64,000 nucleotides of DNA from Minisyncoccota bacterium (lineage in GTDB: Bacteria > Patescibacteriota > Minisyncoccia > Phycocordibacterales > JABMNX01): contig JAPHQU010000001.1 of NCBI GenBank assembly GCA_026195275.1, positions 77,712-141,711 of the forward strand. Direction: 5' to 3'. How positions within the stretch are numbered: position 1 is the first letter of the stretch; every line of letters begins with the position of its first letter. A program made the translations under genes and the position numbers. Under the pieces are notes generated by a model. That model was not told where the DNA came from and made no database searches. It saw only the letters and a program-made list of their open reading frames with translations. Positions 9,279 to 18,110 of this stretch are shown piece by piece.

Positions 9279-9428
9279 ATGAAAACACCTTTACAGAGAG
9301 CAGAGAAACTTCTCGCCAAGAGTAAGCGTGCGATCGGCGCCGCATGGCGTATCATCGAAGAAGCAAAGCTTGCACTCAAAAAATCTGACAGAGGTAAACG
9401 GACCATCGAGAATAAACCCGCGCAGTAA
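9279..9428 (+). CDS. 49-aa basic small protein (not in ORF track)
   Basis: MKTPLQRAEKLLAKSKRAIGAAWRIIEEAKLALKKSDRGKRTIENKPAQ*. AAGGAG SD, hairpin over the stop. Confidence 0.55.
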   Translation: MKTPLQRAEKLLAKSKRAIGAAWRIIEEAKLALKKSDRGKRTIENKPAQ

Positions 9429-9519
9429 ACCTGTGCGGGTCTTTATTTTCATACTTTACAAAGTATTTGAAAGTCGTATGCTGAAGAGCAGAAAACGTTG
9501 AATAGAAGAAAGGAGAGAG

Positions 9520-10029
9520 GTGATGACCATAGAAGCCCAAGAAACCTCCGTCCACCCAAACGTAGGACAAGTACTCGATGTCATTGAGGATGTTGTCTCT
9601 GTTATGGAATGGTCTCACGAACGACGGGGAGATGAACTCTCGACTCAAGTACCAGGAAGGTGGTGCGACTACGCTGTCCAATTCACATGGATTGGTCAAA
9701 TGGAGTTCCTTGCCTTCTTTTGCGTGCTCGATATGCGCATCGAACCCAATCGAATGAAAGAAGCGTATGAGCTTGTCGGTATATCAAACGACAAGACATT
9801 ACTCGGGTCTTTTACGATCTCGGCTGAAGATCGACTTCCACTCTTTCGGATCGTCGTTCCGATGCGAGGACAGAAAAGAGTGAGTCCTGAGCAAATCAAG
9901 GATATGCTCAATGAAACACTGGCCGAATGTGAGCGATTCTACCCAGCATTCCAATTCGTCATCTGGGGTGGCAAGAACCCACAAGAAGCGATCCGTGATG
10001 CCATGATTGAAGTTGAAGGCACCGCATAA
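9520..10029 (+). CDS. YbjN-domain protein (putative sensory transduction regulator)
   Basis: GRWCDY..FTW and ECERFYPAFQFV.WGGK.P.EA..AM.E.EG.A resemble the alphaproteobacterial YbjN family (recalled, not searched). Confidence 0.8.
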   Translation: MMTIEAQETSVHPNVGQVLDVIEDVVSVMEWSHERRGDELSTQVPGRWCDYAVQFTWIGQMEFLAFFCVLDMRIEPNRMKEAYELVGISNDKTLLGSFTISAEDRLPLFRIVVPMRGQKRVSPEQIKDMLNETLAECERFYPAFQFVIWGGKNPQEAIRDAMIEVEGTA

Positions 10030-10083
10030 TCTCCTTGCAATAAGTACCCGCCCGGCTGCGCCGGGCGGTTCCTTTTTTATAAG

Positions 10084-10392
10084 CTACTGACGCTCCACTT
10101 TGCCACCGGCCTCTACCCAATCGTGAAGGCCGCCGATATTACTCACACTACTAAACCCTGCTGCTTCAAGAAGCTGACATGCCATACCTGCCCTGCCGCC
10201 GCTACGACAATATACGTATATATCGGTGTCCTTTGAACACTCCGGCAGTACGCCGCCGTTTAGGCGAGCAAGGTCGAGATGCAATGAACCGTCTGCATAT
10301 CCGTCACTGAGACGCTCATCACCCGTGCGAACATCAATCAACACTGCTTCTCCAGAATCAAGCCCCTTTTGAATCTTTCGTATATCAAACAT
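10084..10392 (-). CDS. Rhodanese-like domain protein
   Basis: LIDVRT..E, YCRSGGRA, GG..DW. Confidence 0.9.
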   Translation of the reverse strand: MFDIRKIQKGLDSGEAVLIDVRTGDERLSDGYADGSLHLDLARLNGGVLPECSKDTDIYVYCRSGGRAGMACQLLEAAGFSSVSNIGGLHDWVEAGGKVERQ

Positions 10393-10560
10393 ATTTGAGA
10401 TCTTTTTTACTCGACCAGTATAACAAACACAAGAACACCAAGCCAACAAGGTGGCCTGGTGTTGTCCTGTGATGACGAAAGTGTCCGATGTCTCATAATT
10501 ATCCGTCTTCTCTGTGTACACTTCTTTATAAAAAGCAGGGACCTTGCTACTATATAGATA

Positions 10561-11631
10561 ATGACACGAAACACGCTCACTCGATTCTCAACAGTACAGA
10601 ACACGCTCTTCTTCGGTTTACTCGCTCTAGGTACCGGTGCATTTATCTGGCTGATTAACGATTTTATTATGCCCGTCTTCTGGGCGATTGTACTCGCGAT
10701 TGTCTTTTATCCGCTACAGCACCGGTGGGCGGTCTTTGTACGGAACCGTACGGTCGCCTCACTGCTCACCATCTCTTCAGTGATCCTTGTTATCTTTGTT
10801 CCTCTTTGGATTATTGGCGGGCTCGTAGTCGAAGAATCAATCAGCACCTATGACCGTTTTGCAACCGGTAGTTTTGAAGCGTCTCGATCAAGTATTGTGA
10901 ATCAAGCGCTTGAGCAGTTGAACAAGATTGATGGCGTTTACCTTGATGAGGAAGGTGTCAAAGAGAAACTCTCGTCGTTTGTTCAGGTGGTAAGCGCGTG
11001 GTTCGCGCGCGAAGCATTTGAACTTGGGCAAGCGACCTTTGGTGTGATGGTAAGCTTCTTGCTTATGCTCTACCTGCTCTTCTTTATGCTCCGTGATGGA
11101 CCGAGAATTGGTCGCGCAATCGAGCACACACTCCCGCTTGGCAATGAACGAGAGGAGGCTCTCTTCACTAACTTTGCGCGAATCACACGCTCCATCTTCA
11201 AAGGGACACTCGCGATTGCACTCATCCAAGGTGCTATCGGTGGTGCGCTCTTCTGGATTGCCGGCATTGATGGCGCGCTTCTCTGGGGTGTGGTGATGAC
11301 ACTCCTCTCAATCATCCCGGCGATCGGTCCGAGTATTGTCTGGCTACCAGCTGGTGTCATCCTACTGCTCTCAGGCTTTATGTGGCAAGGAGCGGTTGTC
11401 CTTGTTGGTGGTGTTGTTATCATTAGTCTTGTCGATAATATACTACGCCCACTCCTCGTAGGCAGAGACGTGAAGATTCCTGATGCAATCATTCTCCTCT
11501 CCACAATTGGTGGTCTTTCTGTCTTTGGAATTACCGGTATTATTATTGGTCCGGTCATTGCCGGGTTCTTCCTCTCCCTATGGAAGATCTTTGAGGTCGA
11601 TTACCGAAAAGACCTTGAAACACAAGGCTAA
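10561..11631 (+). CDS. AI-2E family transporter
   Basis: About 8 TM segments, DNILRP.LVG, GG...FG..G.IIGP. Confidence 0.9.
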   Translation: MTRNTLTRFSTVQNTLFFGLLALGTGAFIWLINDFIMPVFWAIVLAIVFYPLQHRWAVFVRNRTVASLLTISSVILVIFVPLWIIGGLVVEESISTYDRFATGSFEASRSSIVNQALEQLNKIDGVYLDEEGVKEKLSSFVQVVSAWFAREAFELGQATFGVMVSFLLMLYLLFFMLRDGPRIGRAIEHTLPLGNEREEALFTNFARITRSIFKGTLAIALIQGAIGGALFWIAGIDGALLWGVVMTLLSIIPAIGPSIVWLPAGVILLLSGFMWQGAVVLVGGVVIISLVDNILRPLLVGRDVKIPDAIILLSTIGGLSVFGITGIIIGPVIAGFFLSLWKIFEVDYRKDLETQG

Positions 11632-11669
11632 TGTGTGTTATACTGCGGTACCTTTAAACATAGGTCAAT

Positions 11670-12218
11670 TTGAGTAAACAGGTACGAATAAACCAAGGAA
11701 TTCGAGCAAAAGAGCTCAGAGTGGTTGGCGCCGATGGCGCTAATTTAGGTGTTTTGTCGCTCAAAGAGGCTATTTTGAAGGCCGAGGAGGCAGGACTCGA
11801 CCTTATTGAGATCTCGCCGAACGCCAAGCCGCCAGTTGCAAAAATAACGGACTATGGTAAATTCCAGTACGAGCTAAAGAAAAAGCAGCGCGAGATGAAA
11901 GCAAAGTCTCACGTCACTGAGACCAAATCTGCGCAGGTGAAGGTTGGTACCGGTGAGAACGACATGAATCTCAAGGCACGCCGTATCTCAAAGTGGCTCT
12001 CTGAGGGCCACCGAGTGAAGATTGATCTGTTTTTGTGGGGACGCTATAAGTACATGGACTTTAATTTCCTCAAGGAACGCCTCGAGCGATTCCTCAACCT
12101 TATCACCGAAGAATACAAGGTTGCCGATGAGATCAAGAAGAGTCCCAAAGGACTCACTGTAGTGATTGAACGCGGTAAAATTGTTAAAAAAGATACCGCG
12201 GAGACTTTGGAGAAATAA
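11670..12218 (+). CDS. infC: Translation initiation factor IF-3 (TTG start)
   Basis: RINQGIRA.ELRVV, DLIEISPNAKPPVAKI.DYGKF.Y. Confidence 0.95.
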   Translation: MSKQVRINQGIRAKELRVVGADGANLGVLSLKEAILKAEEAGLDLIEISPNAKPPVAKITDYGKFQYELKKKQREMKAKSHVTETKSAQVKVGTGENDMNLKARRISKWLSEGHRVKIDLFLWGRYKYMDFNFLKERLERFLNLITEEYKVADEIKKSPKGLTVVIERGKIVKKDTAETLEK

Positions 12219-12223
12219 ATATC

Positions 12224-12409
12224 ATGAAAACAAACAAATCGTATTCAAAGAGATTGAAGGTAACGAAGACCGGCAAGACCATTGGGCGTAAGCCGGGTCA
12301 GAACCATTTCAATGCAAAAGCGACAGGTGAACAGCGCAGAAAGAAACGCAACGGTGTTGTAGTTAAACTTGCCGCAAAGGTACGCAACCGTTTTCTACCA
12401 CACGCATAA
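12224..12409 (+). CDS. rpmI: 50S ribosomal protein L35
   Basis: MKTNKS..KR.KVT.TGK, between infC and rplT. Confidence 0.92.
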   Translation: MKTNKSYSKRLKVTKTGKTIGRKPGQNHFNAKATGEQRRKKRNGVVVKLAAKVRNRFLPHA

Positions 12410-12440
12410 TTCTTTATTCATCATCCCTAATTCATAACAT

Positions 12441-12788
12441 ATGGCACGAGTAAAAGGAGGAACAACTACACTAAAGCGACGTCGAGAGACTCTTGGGATG
12501 ACCAAGGGCTACCGTCTTGGACGCTCAACAAAGAAAAAGCAAGCGTACGAGGCAATCGCACATGCAGGTAACCACGCATTTGCCCACCGAAAAGACAAGA
12601 AGGGAGACTTCCGTCGGCTCTGGACTGTGCGCATCAATGCCGCAGTGCGTGCGCTCGGTAATCTTTCATACAGCAGATTTATCGACACACTAAAGAAGAA
12701 GGAAGTCGGACTCGACCGGAAAGTGCTTGCAGAGATCGCCAAAGATCGACCGGAGAGCTTTGCGCGCATCGTTGAGCAGGTAAAATAA
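12441..12788 (+). CDS. rplT: 50S ribosomal protein L20
   Basis: MARVKGG, FRRLW..RINAA, YSRFI, LDRKVLA. Confidence 0.96.
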   Translation: MARVKGGTTTLKRRRETLGMTKGYRLGRSTKKKQAYEAIAHAGNHAFAHRKDKKGDFRRLWTVRINAAVRALGNLSYSRFIDTLKKKEVGLDRKVLAEIAKDRPESFARIVEQVK

Positions 12789-12928
12789 GGCTGAGTCACT
12801 GGTCAACGGCCATCAGTCATCAGAAAAACCGCGGCGCTTTGCGCCGCGGTTTTGTATACTTGCGTCCCCTGCCACTTCCTTGTATGGTATCCACAGACAT
12901 CACACAAGGTTAAGGAAAGGAACGTGCC

Positions 12929-13348
12929 ATGCTCGGATTCCCCTGTGCCCATTGTGGCAATATCGAATTTTTACATCAAACCCATCAAGTTTCAGATGCT
13001 GGGTTCTATGACGGACTCACACCCCTTCATGTACCCATCGACGAAGAAAAATTTTGGTGGGGCCCTTTTGAGGAGCGGAAGTACCAGGAGGCTAAACGCA
13101 AACCTGGGTATCAGCACGATCTTCTCACCTGCCCAGGCTTTGAGCACAGAAAGCAAGATCTGGGGATGGAGATGGTCAGGCGCGCGATCGAGGAAAACTT
13201 GCCAGGCCCTCACCTACTTCCGCTACCGAAGCAACTTATCGAAAAAGTCCGTGAGGGTATTCAAGAGAAACGCCCAAATCTATTCGGAGGAGGTCTTACT
13301 CGTGTCTACTTCAATCGTGGAGCATCGTTCGTCGCCATCGGCGAATGA
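12929..13348 (+). CDS. Hypothetical protein, possible Cys/His zinc site (SD-led ORFan)
   Basis: CAHCG..H and H...C motifs, AAAGGA SD, flanked by two related hairpins. Confidence 0.6.
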   Translation: MLGFPCAHCGNIEFLHQTHQVSDAGFYDGLTPLHVPIDEEKFWWGPFEERKYQEAKRKPGYQHDLLTCPGFEHRKQDLGMEMVRRAIEENLPGPHLLPLPKQLIEKVREGIQEKRPNLFGGGLTRVYFNRGASFVAIGE

Positions 13349-13393
13349 GCCGAAACCGCCGCACTCAAGGGTGCGGCGGTTTTTCTTTATATT

Positions 13394-14791
13394 CTAAAAG
13401 AGCTCAACGCGACTTCCCTTTTCAGGGACGGTGGCATTCACGCCAAGTTCATCACGCAAACGCTGTGTGAGAAAGAGTGACGCCTTTGGCTCCCCCATCA
13501 CGACAAATGCCTGCTTGAGTGTGTCTTTTGCGTCAGCAACAAAGTCGATGAGGTGGTCGGAGTCTTTGTGCGCAGAAAAACCGTCGATAGCGCGCACCTC
13601 GGCACGCACAAAAACTTTATCACCGTAGATCGTTACCTCCTTTGCCCCCTCTCTGAGTCGTCTACCAAGCGTCCCGGCACCCTGGTAGCCAATGAAGAGT
13701 AGCGTGTTCTTCGAGTCAGAGAGAATGTGCTTCTCATGCTCGAGTACACGCCCCCCAACCGACATCCCCGAACCGGCAATGATGATCTTCGGACCCGGCG
13801 TCTTCATAATGACTCTTGACTCGGGGACAGTGCGTGTCTTCTTAAAAAGTGGAAACTGGAAGATGTTGTCTCCTTCTCTAATTTCCTTTCTTACCTCATC
13901 TTTAAAATCATCGGAATAACGGGTATATATATCCGTCGCGCGTATCGCAAGCGGCGAATCAAGAAACACAGGGATTTCAGGTACAACCCCATCCTCAATA
14001 AGATTATTGAGAAAATAGAGAAGGACCTGCGTCCGATCAAGCGAGAATGCAGGAATGAGCAATGTTCCTTTCCGAGAGATCGTATCCTTAATAGCTTCTA
14101 CAAGGAGCCCCTCCCGATCATCTTTCCCTTCGTGATTACGGTCACCATAGACACTCTCCATCACCAAGTGTGTTGCTCCTTTAATACTCTCTGTGTCCGG
14201 AAGAAGTGGTGATGGGGAGTTGCCAAGATCTCCAGTAAAGACTATCTTCTTTCCGTCGTAAGCAAATTCAAGTATTGCTGAGCCAAGGATGTGCCCGGCA
14301 TCCTTTAGGGTTACGGAGAAACCTTGCGGAAACGATTGTTCTTCGTGATACCTGATTGTTTCCCACTGATTGAGCGCACGGTCGATGTCTTCTCTCTCAT
14401 ACATAATCGGCTTACCTCGCTCACGCGCCTCATGCGCAAGAATCGTAAGCGCATCTTCGAACATCACCCTTGCCAAGTCGCGCGTTGCCGGTGTTGAGTA
14501 TATCTTCCCACGGAAGCCGTCGCGCACAAGCTTAGGGATACGCCCAATATGGTCCGCGTGTGCGTGCGTCACAAAGAGTATGTCGATTGATGCCGGATCA
14601 TACGGAAACGGGTCGTAGTTGCAATCGTGACAGTACTGCTCGCCTTGCACGAACCCACAGTCAACGAGAATCCGCGCGTCCTCAAACTCAAAGAGAAAGT
14701 TTGCCCCGGTCACGCCACCGGCGCCGCCGTAAAACGTGATCGCTGCTTTATTCACTTCTGTATCTTTATTTTGTTCCATATTTTGTTCCAT
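13394..14791 (-). CDS. MBL-fold beta-CASP RNA-processing hydrolase
   Basis: THAHADH, AGHILGS, MESVYG, GFSAH.D. Confidence 0.93.
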   Translation of the reverse strand: MEQNMEQNKDTEVNKAAITFYGGAGGVTGANFLFEFEDARILVDCGFVQGEQYCHDCNYDPFPYDPASIDILFVTHAHADHIGRIPKLVRDGFRGKIYSTPATRDLARVMFEDALTILAHEARERGKPIMYEREDIDRALNQWETIRYHEEQSFPQGFSVTLKDAGHILGSAILEFAYDGKKIVFTGDLGNSPSPLLPDTESIKGATHLVMESVYGDRNHEGKDDREGLLVEAIKDTISRKGTLLIPAFSLDRTQVLLYFLNNLIEDGVVPEIPVFLDSPLAIRATDIYTRYSDDFKDEVRKEIREGDNIFQFPLFKKTRTVPESRVIMKTPGPKIIIAGSGMSVGGRVLEHEKHILSDSKNTLLFIGYQGAGTLGRRLREGAKEVTIYGDKVFVRAEVRAIDGFSAHKDSDHLIDFVADAKDTLKQAFVVMGEPKASLFLTQRLRDELGVNATVPEKGSRVELF

Positions 14792-15185
14792 TTTGGTTAC
14801 TACCATATATGGTAGTAAAAAATATTACCGCGAAAATCGTACCGAGTGCATCCATAGCAAGATCGGTGGTGGTGTCGAGTACATAATTGTTCTCAATCGG
14901 GATCCCCGCAAGCACTTCAAACACCTCCCACCCGACCCCAACAATAACAATCGCCCCTCCGGCAACAAGGAGCGTCTTGGTCAGACTACGTGCGACGCAG
15001 ATGTAACCAGACTCAAAGAAAAGCCAGAGCGATGCGAGCCCAACAAGAAGCCCGCCAAGGAAATGCATCATGGTATCAAACCACGAGTACGTCCAGTAGA
15101 GATAGAACTCAATTGCCGACGCATGGAGCACCGCGATCATCACAAGTAGCATGAACCAGAGTATGAAGAGTGGATGTTTGTGCAT
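14766..15185 (-). CDS. Hypothetical membrane protein
   Basis: 4 TM segments, WFD..MHFLGG, WEVFE, DT..DL motifs. Confidence 0.75.
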   Translation of the reverse strand: MHKHPLFILWFMLLVMIAVLHASAIEFYLYWTYSWFDTMMHFLGGLLVGLASLWLFFESGYICVARSLTKTLLVAGGAIVIVGVGWEVFEVLAGIPIENNYVLDTTTDLAMDALGTIFAVIFFTTIYGSNQNGTKYGTK

Positions 15186-15270
15186 AGAGTAAGTATAAAG
15201 TTGAAAGTCAAAAGTTGAAAGTGATACTGTATTGATCTCTTGGTGTCTGTATTCAAGAGAAGAACAAAAA

Positions 15271-15297
15271 CAAAAAACCGCACGAGGCGGTTTTTTG
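15271..15297. terminator. Bidirectional intrinsic terminator downstream of the putative 6S RNA
   Basis: CAAAAAACCGC ACGAG GCGGTTTTTTG. Confidence 0.75.
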
Positions 15298-15300
15298 TTA

Positions 15301-15431
15301 AGGGGGATGAAAGTACTTACCCAGTGTTGTACACGTGGGTGCCCTCAGCGATGTGCCGTGTCATGCACATACTTAATGCATTTTAAGCTCCCTGGATAAG
15401 TAACTAAGTGGATAATACTTTCTTCTCCCCT
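15301..15431 (-). ncRNA. ssrS: Probable compact 6S RNA
   Basis: Rod: AGGGGAGAAGAAAAGTA/TACTTTCATCCCCCT and TACTTATCCAG/CTGGGTAAGTA. Contains CAGGGAGC and GGCACCCAC motifs. Own promoter (TTGCAC-N16-TACAAT, 15465-15438) and terminator. Confidence 0.7.
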
Positions 15432-15533
15432 GTCTATATTGTACTCTCCTCGTGCGAAGGTGCAAATGTGCACAAAAATAAACGCCAGGCACAGCCTGGC
15501 GTTTATTTTTGGCTTATGTAAGCCTTCCAGGGA

Positions 15534-16139
15534 CTACTCTAAAATCCCATCAATATTAACGTCGTAGAGGATCTCGTCTGAAATGAGGCGGTAGCTGATA
15601 AGCTCACCCTCCACAAACCAGTGCTTGATCTCATTCTCTGCCTCCTCAGCTGAGCCTGATGCATGCACAATGTTACGCACCGCACGCCCATCGCCGTCTG
15701 CCATGCGGTATGAATCGAGGACGTAGTCACCGCGAATGGTCCCAACGTCTGACGAGAGTGGTTCCGTCGAGCCAACAATCTTGCGTACCAACTCTGCTGC
15801 GTGCGCTCCCTGGAGCACCATGAGCACGACCGGCCCTGAGGTCATGTACTTCTTGAGGTTCTCAAGTATCTTCGCAGTGACTTCAAGCGGGTCTTCTGAA
15901 GGTGGAGTGAGCCCTTTCTTCTTGTATGACTCGATAGCTTTCTCGCCGGTAACTGTGCGCCACGATGGATCAAGAGTATAGTGCGCCTCTACTTGACCTG
16001 CCTCAGGAACAGCCATCTTAAGCGCCACCATTTTGAGTCCGACACGTTCAAAACGTGAAATAACTTCTCCAATGAGTGAGCGCTGTACGCCATCCGGTTT
16101 GATAATAACGAGTGTTCTCTCTTTGCTGTGTTTTGACAT
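15534..16139 (-). CDS. ndk: Nucleoside-diphosphate kinase
   Basis: ERTLVIIKPDGVQR, GTIRGDY, RNIVHASGS. Confidence 0.96.
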   Translation of the reverse strand: MSKHSKERTLVIIKPDGVQRSLIGEVISRFERVGLKMVALKMAVPEAGQVEAHYTLDPSWRTVTGEKAIESYKKKGLTPPSEDPLEVTAKILENLKKYMTSGPVVLMVLQGAHAAELVRKIVGSTEPLSSDVGTIRGDYVLDSYRMADGDGRAVRNIVHASGSAEEAENEIKHWFVEGELISYRLISDEILYDVNIDGILE

Positions 16140-16255
16140 AAGAACAAGTATAAAGTCAAAAGTTTAAAGTTGAAAGTGGAAAACGGATTATTCTATGGTA
16201 TAGTTTTTACAGAATCATCGTAGCAATTCTGCTTTGAGAACTAATGGAGGACGTC

Positions 16256-16396
16256 ATGAAAAAACTCTGTTGGAAACCCATCATCATCCACAAACCGTCG
16301 GGTGGCGACATCACCGGAGGTGGTGGCGGATTCATCGGCGGGGGCTCCGCAGACATCGGTCAAGAACGGACCAGTCTCGAAGAAAAGGGCATCTGA
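16256..16396 (+). CDS. 46-aa Gly-rich small peptide (not in ORF track)
   Basis: MKKLCWKPIIIHKPSGGDITGGGGGFIGGGSADIGQERTSLEEKGI*. GGAGG SD, terminator hairpin ~16417-16442. Confidence 0.65.
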   Translation: MKKLCWKPIIIHKPSGGDITGGGGGFIGGGSADIGQERTSLEEKGI

Positions 16397-16481
16397 AGAC
16401 TCCCTGCACAACGCACAAGCCGCGCTCTCTGAGCGCGGCTTTCACTTTTGCAGATATACAGACACCCCATGTCCGTATATT

Positions 16482-17246
16482 TTAGACTTCCGTGAGTATT
16501 TCCGGGCCGTCTTTGGTGATGATGATGCAGTGCTCAAAGTGCGCACTACGCGAACCATCGGCGGTACGTACCGTGTAATCGTCATCTTCAAAGATAACAT
16601 CGGCGCCACCCATGTTAAGCATTGGCTCAATGGCAATCACCAGACCCTCTTTAAGCTCCTCTCCCTCGCCCGCTTTGCCGTAGTTTGGAACCTGCGGCCC
16701 TTCGTGAACACTCTTCCCAATACCATGCCCGCAAAGCTCGCGGACAATGCCGTAGCCGTAGGGGCGCACGAACTCCTGTATTGCGTGCCCGATGTCGCCC
16801 GTCGTATTCCCGACACGTGCCGCGTCAATCCCTACGTAGAGCGCTTCGCGGGTCACTCGGAGGAGCTCCTGTGTCTCTTTATCGATATTACCAACAGGTA
16901 CCGTGATACCACTGTCGGATGCGTAGCCGTCATGAATAAGCCCGGTATCAAGTCCGACGATGTCGCCGTCTTGAAGCACAGTGTTCCGCTCGGTTGGAAT
17001 GCCATGCACCACTGTGTCATTAACTGCGACACAGAGCGTTGCCGGGAACGGTCGGGACACACCGTGCGGCTTATAGTCGAGAAATGCGGGCGTATCGCCA
17101 TGCTCGCGAATCATCTCTTCCGCCATATCGTTGAGCTCACGCACAGTCATGCCCGGTCTTACAGCCTTTGCAAGTGTTTGGAGCACGGTCGCCAGACGGC
17201 GACCCGATTCGCGAAGTTTCTCTTTATCTTGTTCGTTAGCGATCAT
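16482..17246 (-). CDS. map: Methionine aminopeptidase type I
   Basis: VVHGIP, GHGIG..VHE.P, AIEPM, SAHFEH. Confidence 0.96.
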   Translation of the reverse strand: MIANEQDKEKLRESGRRLATVLQTLAKAVRPGMTVRELNDMAEEMIREHGDTPAFLDYKPHGVSRPFPATLCVAVNDTVVHGIPTERNTVLQDGDIVGLDTGLIHDGYASDSGITVPVGNIDKETQELLRVTREALYVGIDAARVGNTTGDIGHAIQEFVRPYGYGIVRELCGHGIGKSVHEGPQVPNYGKAGEGEELKEGLVIAIEPMLNMGGADVIFEDDDYTVRTADGSRSAHFEHCIIITKDGPEILTEV

Positions 17247-17295
17247 TTTCCAGGTGTTAGGGATTAGGTTCTAGATTATTAGATTGTATTAAAAG

Positions 17296-17892
17296 TTAGT
17301 CGATATTGAGTGCGGCACGGATGTCTCTCTGCACATCTTCGACCGACTGATCGCCATTGATATCATGGACATAATACCCATCCTTTTCGCGGAGATACTC
17401 AATCGACGGGAGTACTTCTGTACTATACCAAGTGAGACGTTTGGAAACGTACTCGTCGTCAAGGTCGTCTTTTCTTCCGCGATTCCGTAAACGGTCACGG
17501 CAAATATCTTCAGGGACATCGAGAATAATCGCGTGCATCTGTGGCGCACCGAAGAATTCGAGTGCTTCTTCAAGCATCTTAAATTCCGGCAGGAGGCGCA
17601 CCCCATCGAGCATGAGGAATTCTTTCCCTGTATAGTTCGCAATAAGAAAACTCGAAAGAAGCCAAATTGGAATAAAAGATGGCAAGAGATTCCCCTCATT
17701 GATGATACCTGCCGCACGCTGTGCTATTGCACCCGGATGCTCTTTTATGAATGAGCGAATTTCTTCACCACCGTCAAAAGAGAGCATTGGTGTCTGTGGG
17801 TACGAAGTCTCAATATGCGCTTTGAGCACATCTGCCTGAGTACCCTTGCCAGCTCCTGAGGGTCCAAAGAAGATAATTGTTTTGGGTTGCAT
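17296..17892 (-). CDS. adk: Adenylate kinase (short LID)
   Basis: GPSGAGKGTQA, RGRKDD, secY-adk-map synteny. Confidence 0.88.
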   Translation of the reverse strand: MQPKTIIFFGPSGAGKGTQADVLKAHIETSYPQTPMLSFDGGEEIRSFIKEHPGAIAQRAAGIINEGNLLPSFIPIWLLSSFLIANYTGKEFLMLDGVRLLPEFKMLEEALEFFGAPQMHAIILDVPEDICRDRLRNRGRKDDLDDEYVSKRLTWYSTEVLPSIEYLREKDGYYVHDINGDQSVEDVQRDIRAALNID

Positions 17893-18021
17893 GAAATCAG
17901 TATACGGGTAATGGCTAAAAGTTGAAAGTGGATGCGACAGAATCCACTAGGATCGCCAAAATCGAATGAAGAACGAAGAGGCTAAACCTGCTCGCTTAAA
18001 ACACGAAAAAGCAGATACATG

Positions 18022-18110
18022 TAAACCGTCAAAATCGGATAAAGTACGGGAGGCAAGAAAAAGATTTCTTTCCGTAACCGACGAAGTAATTTGCCGATTT
18101 TGACGGTTTA
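18022..18110. mobile_element. 89-bp MITE-like element with perfect 17-bp terminal inverted repeats
   Basis: TAAACCGTCAAAATCGG (18022-18038) / CCGATTTTGACGGTTTA (18094-18110). Overlaps the secY stop. Confidence 0.6.

Noticed and set aside
14768-14791. 12-bp tandem duplication (MEQNMEQN) at the RNase start
   Set aside because: Simple local duplication; it only makes the start ambiguous.
16302-17267. 321-aa plus-strand ORF
   Set aside because: Antisense shadow of map that crosses a terminator.
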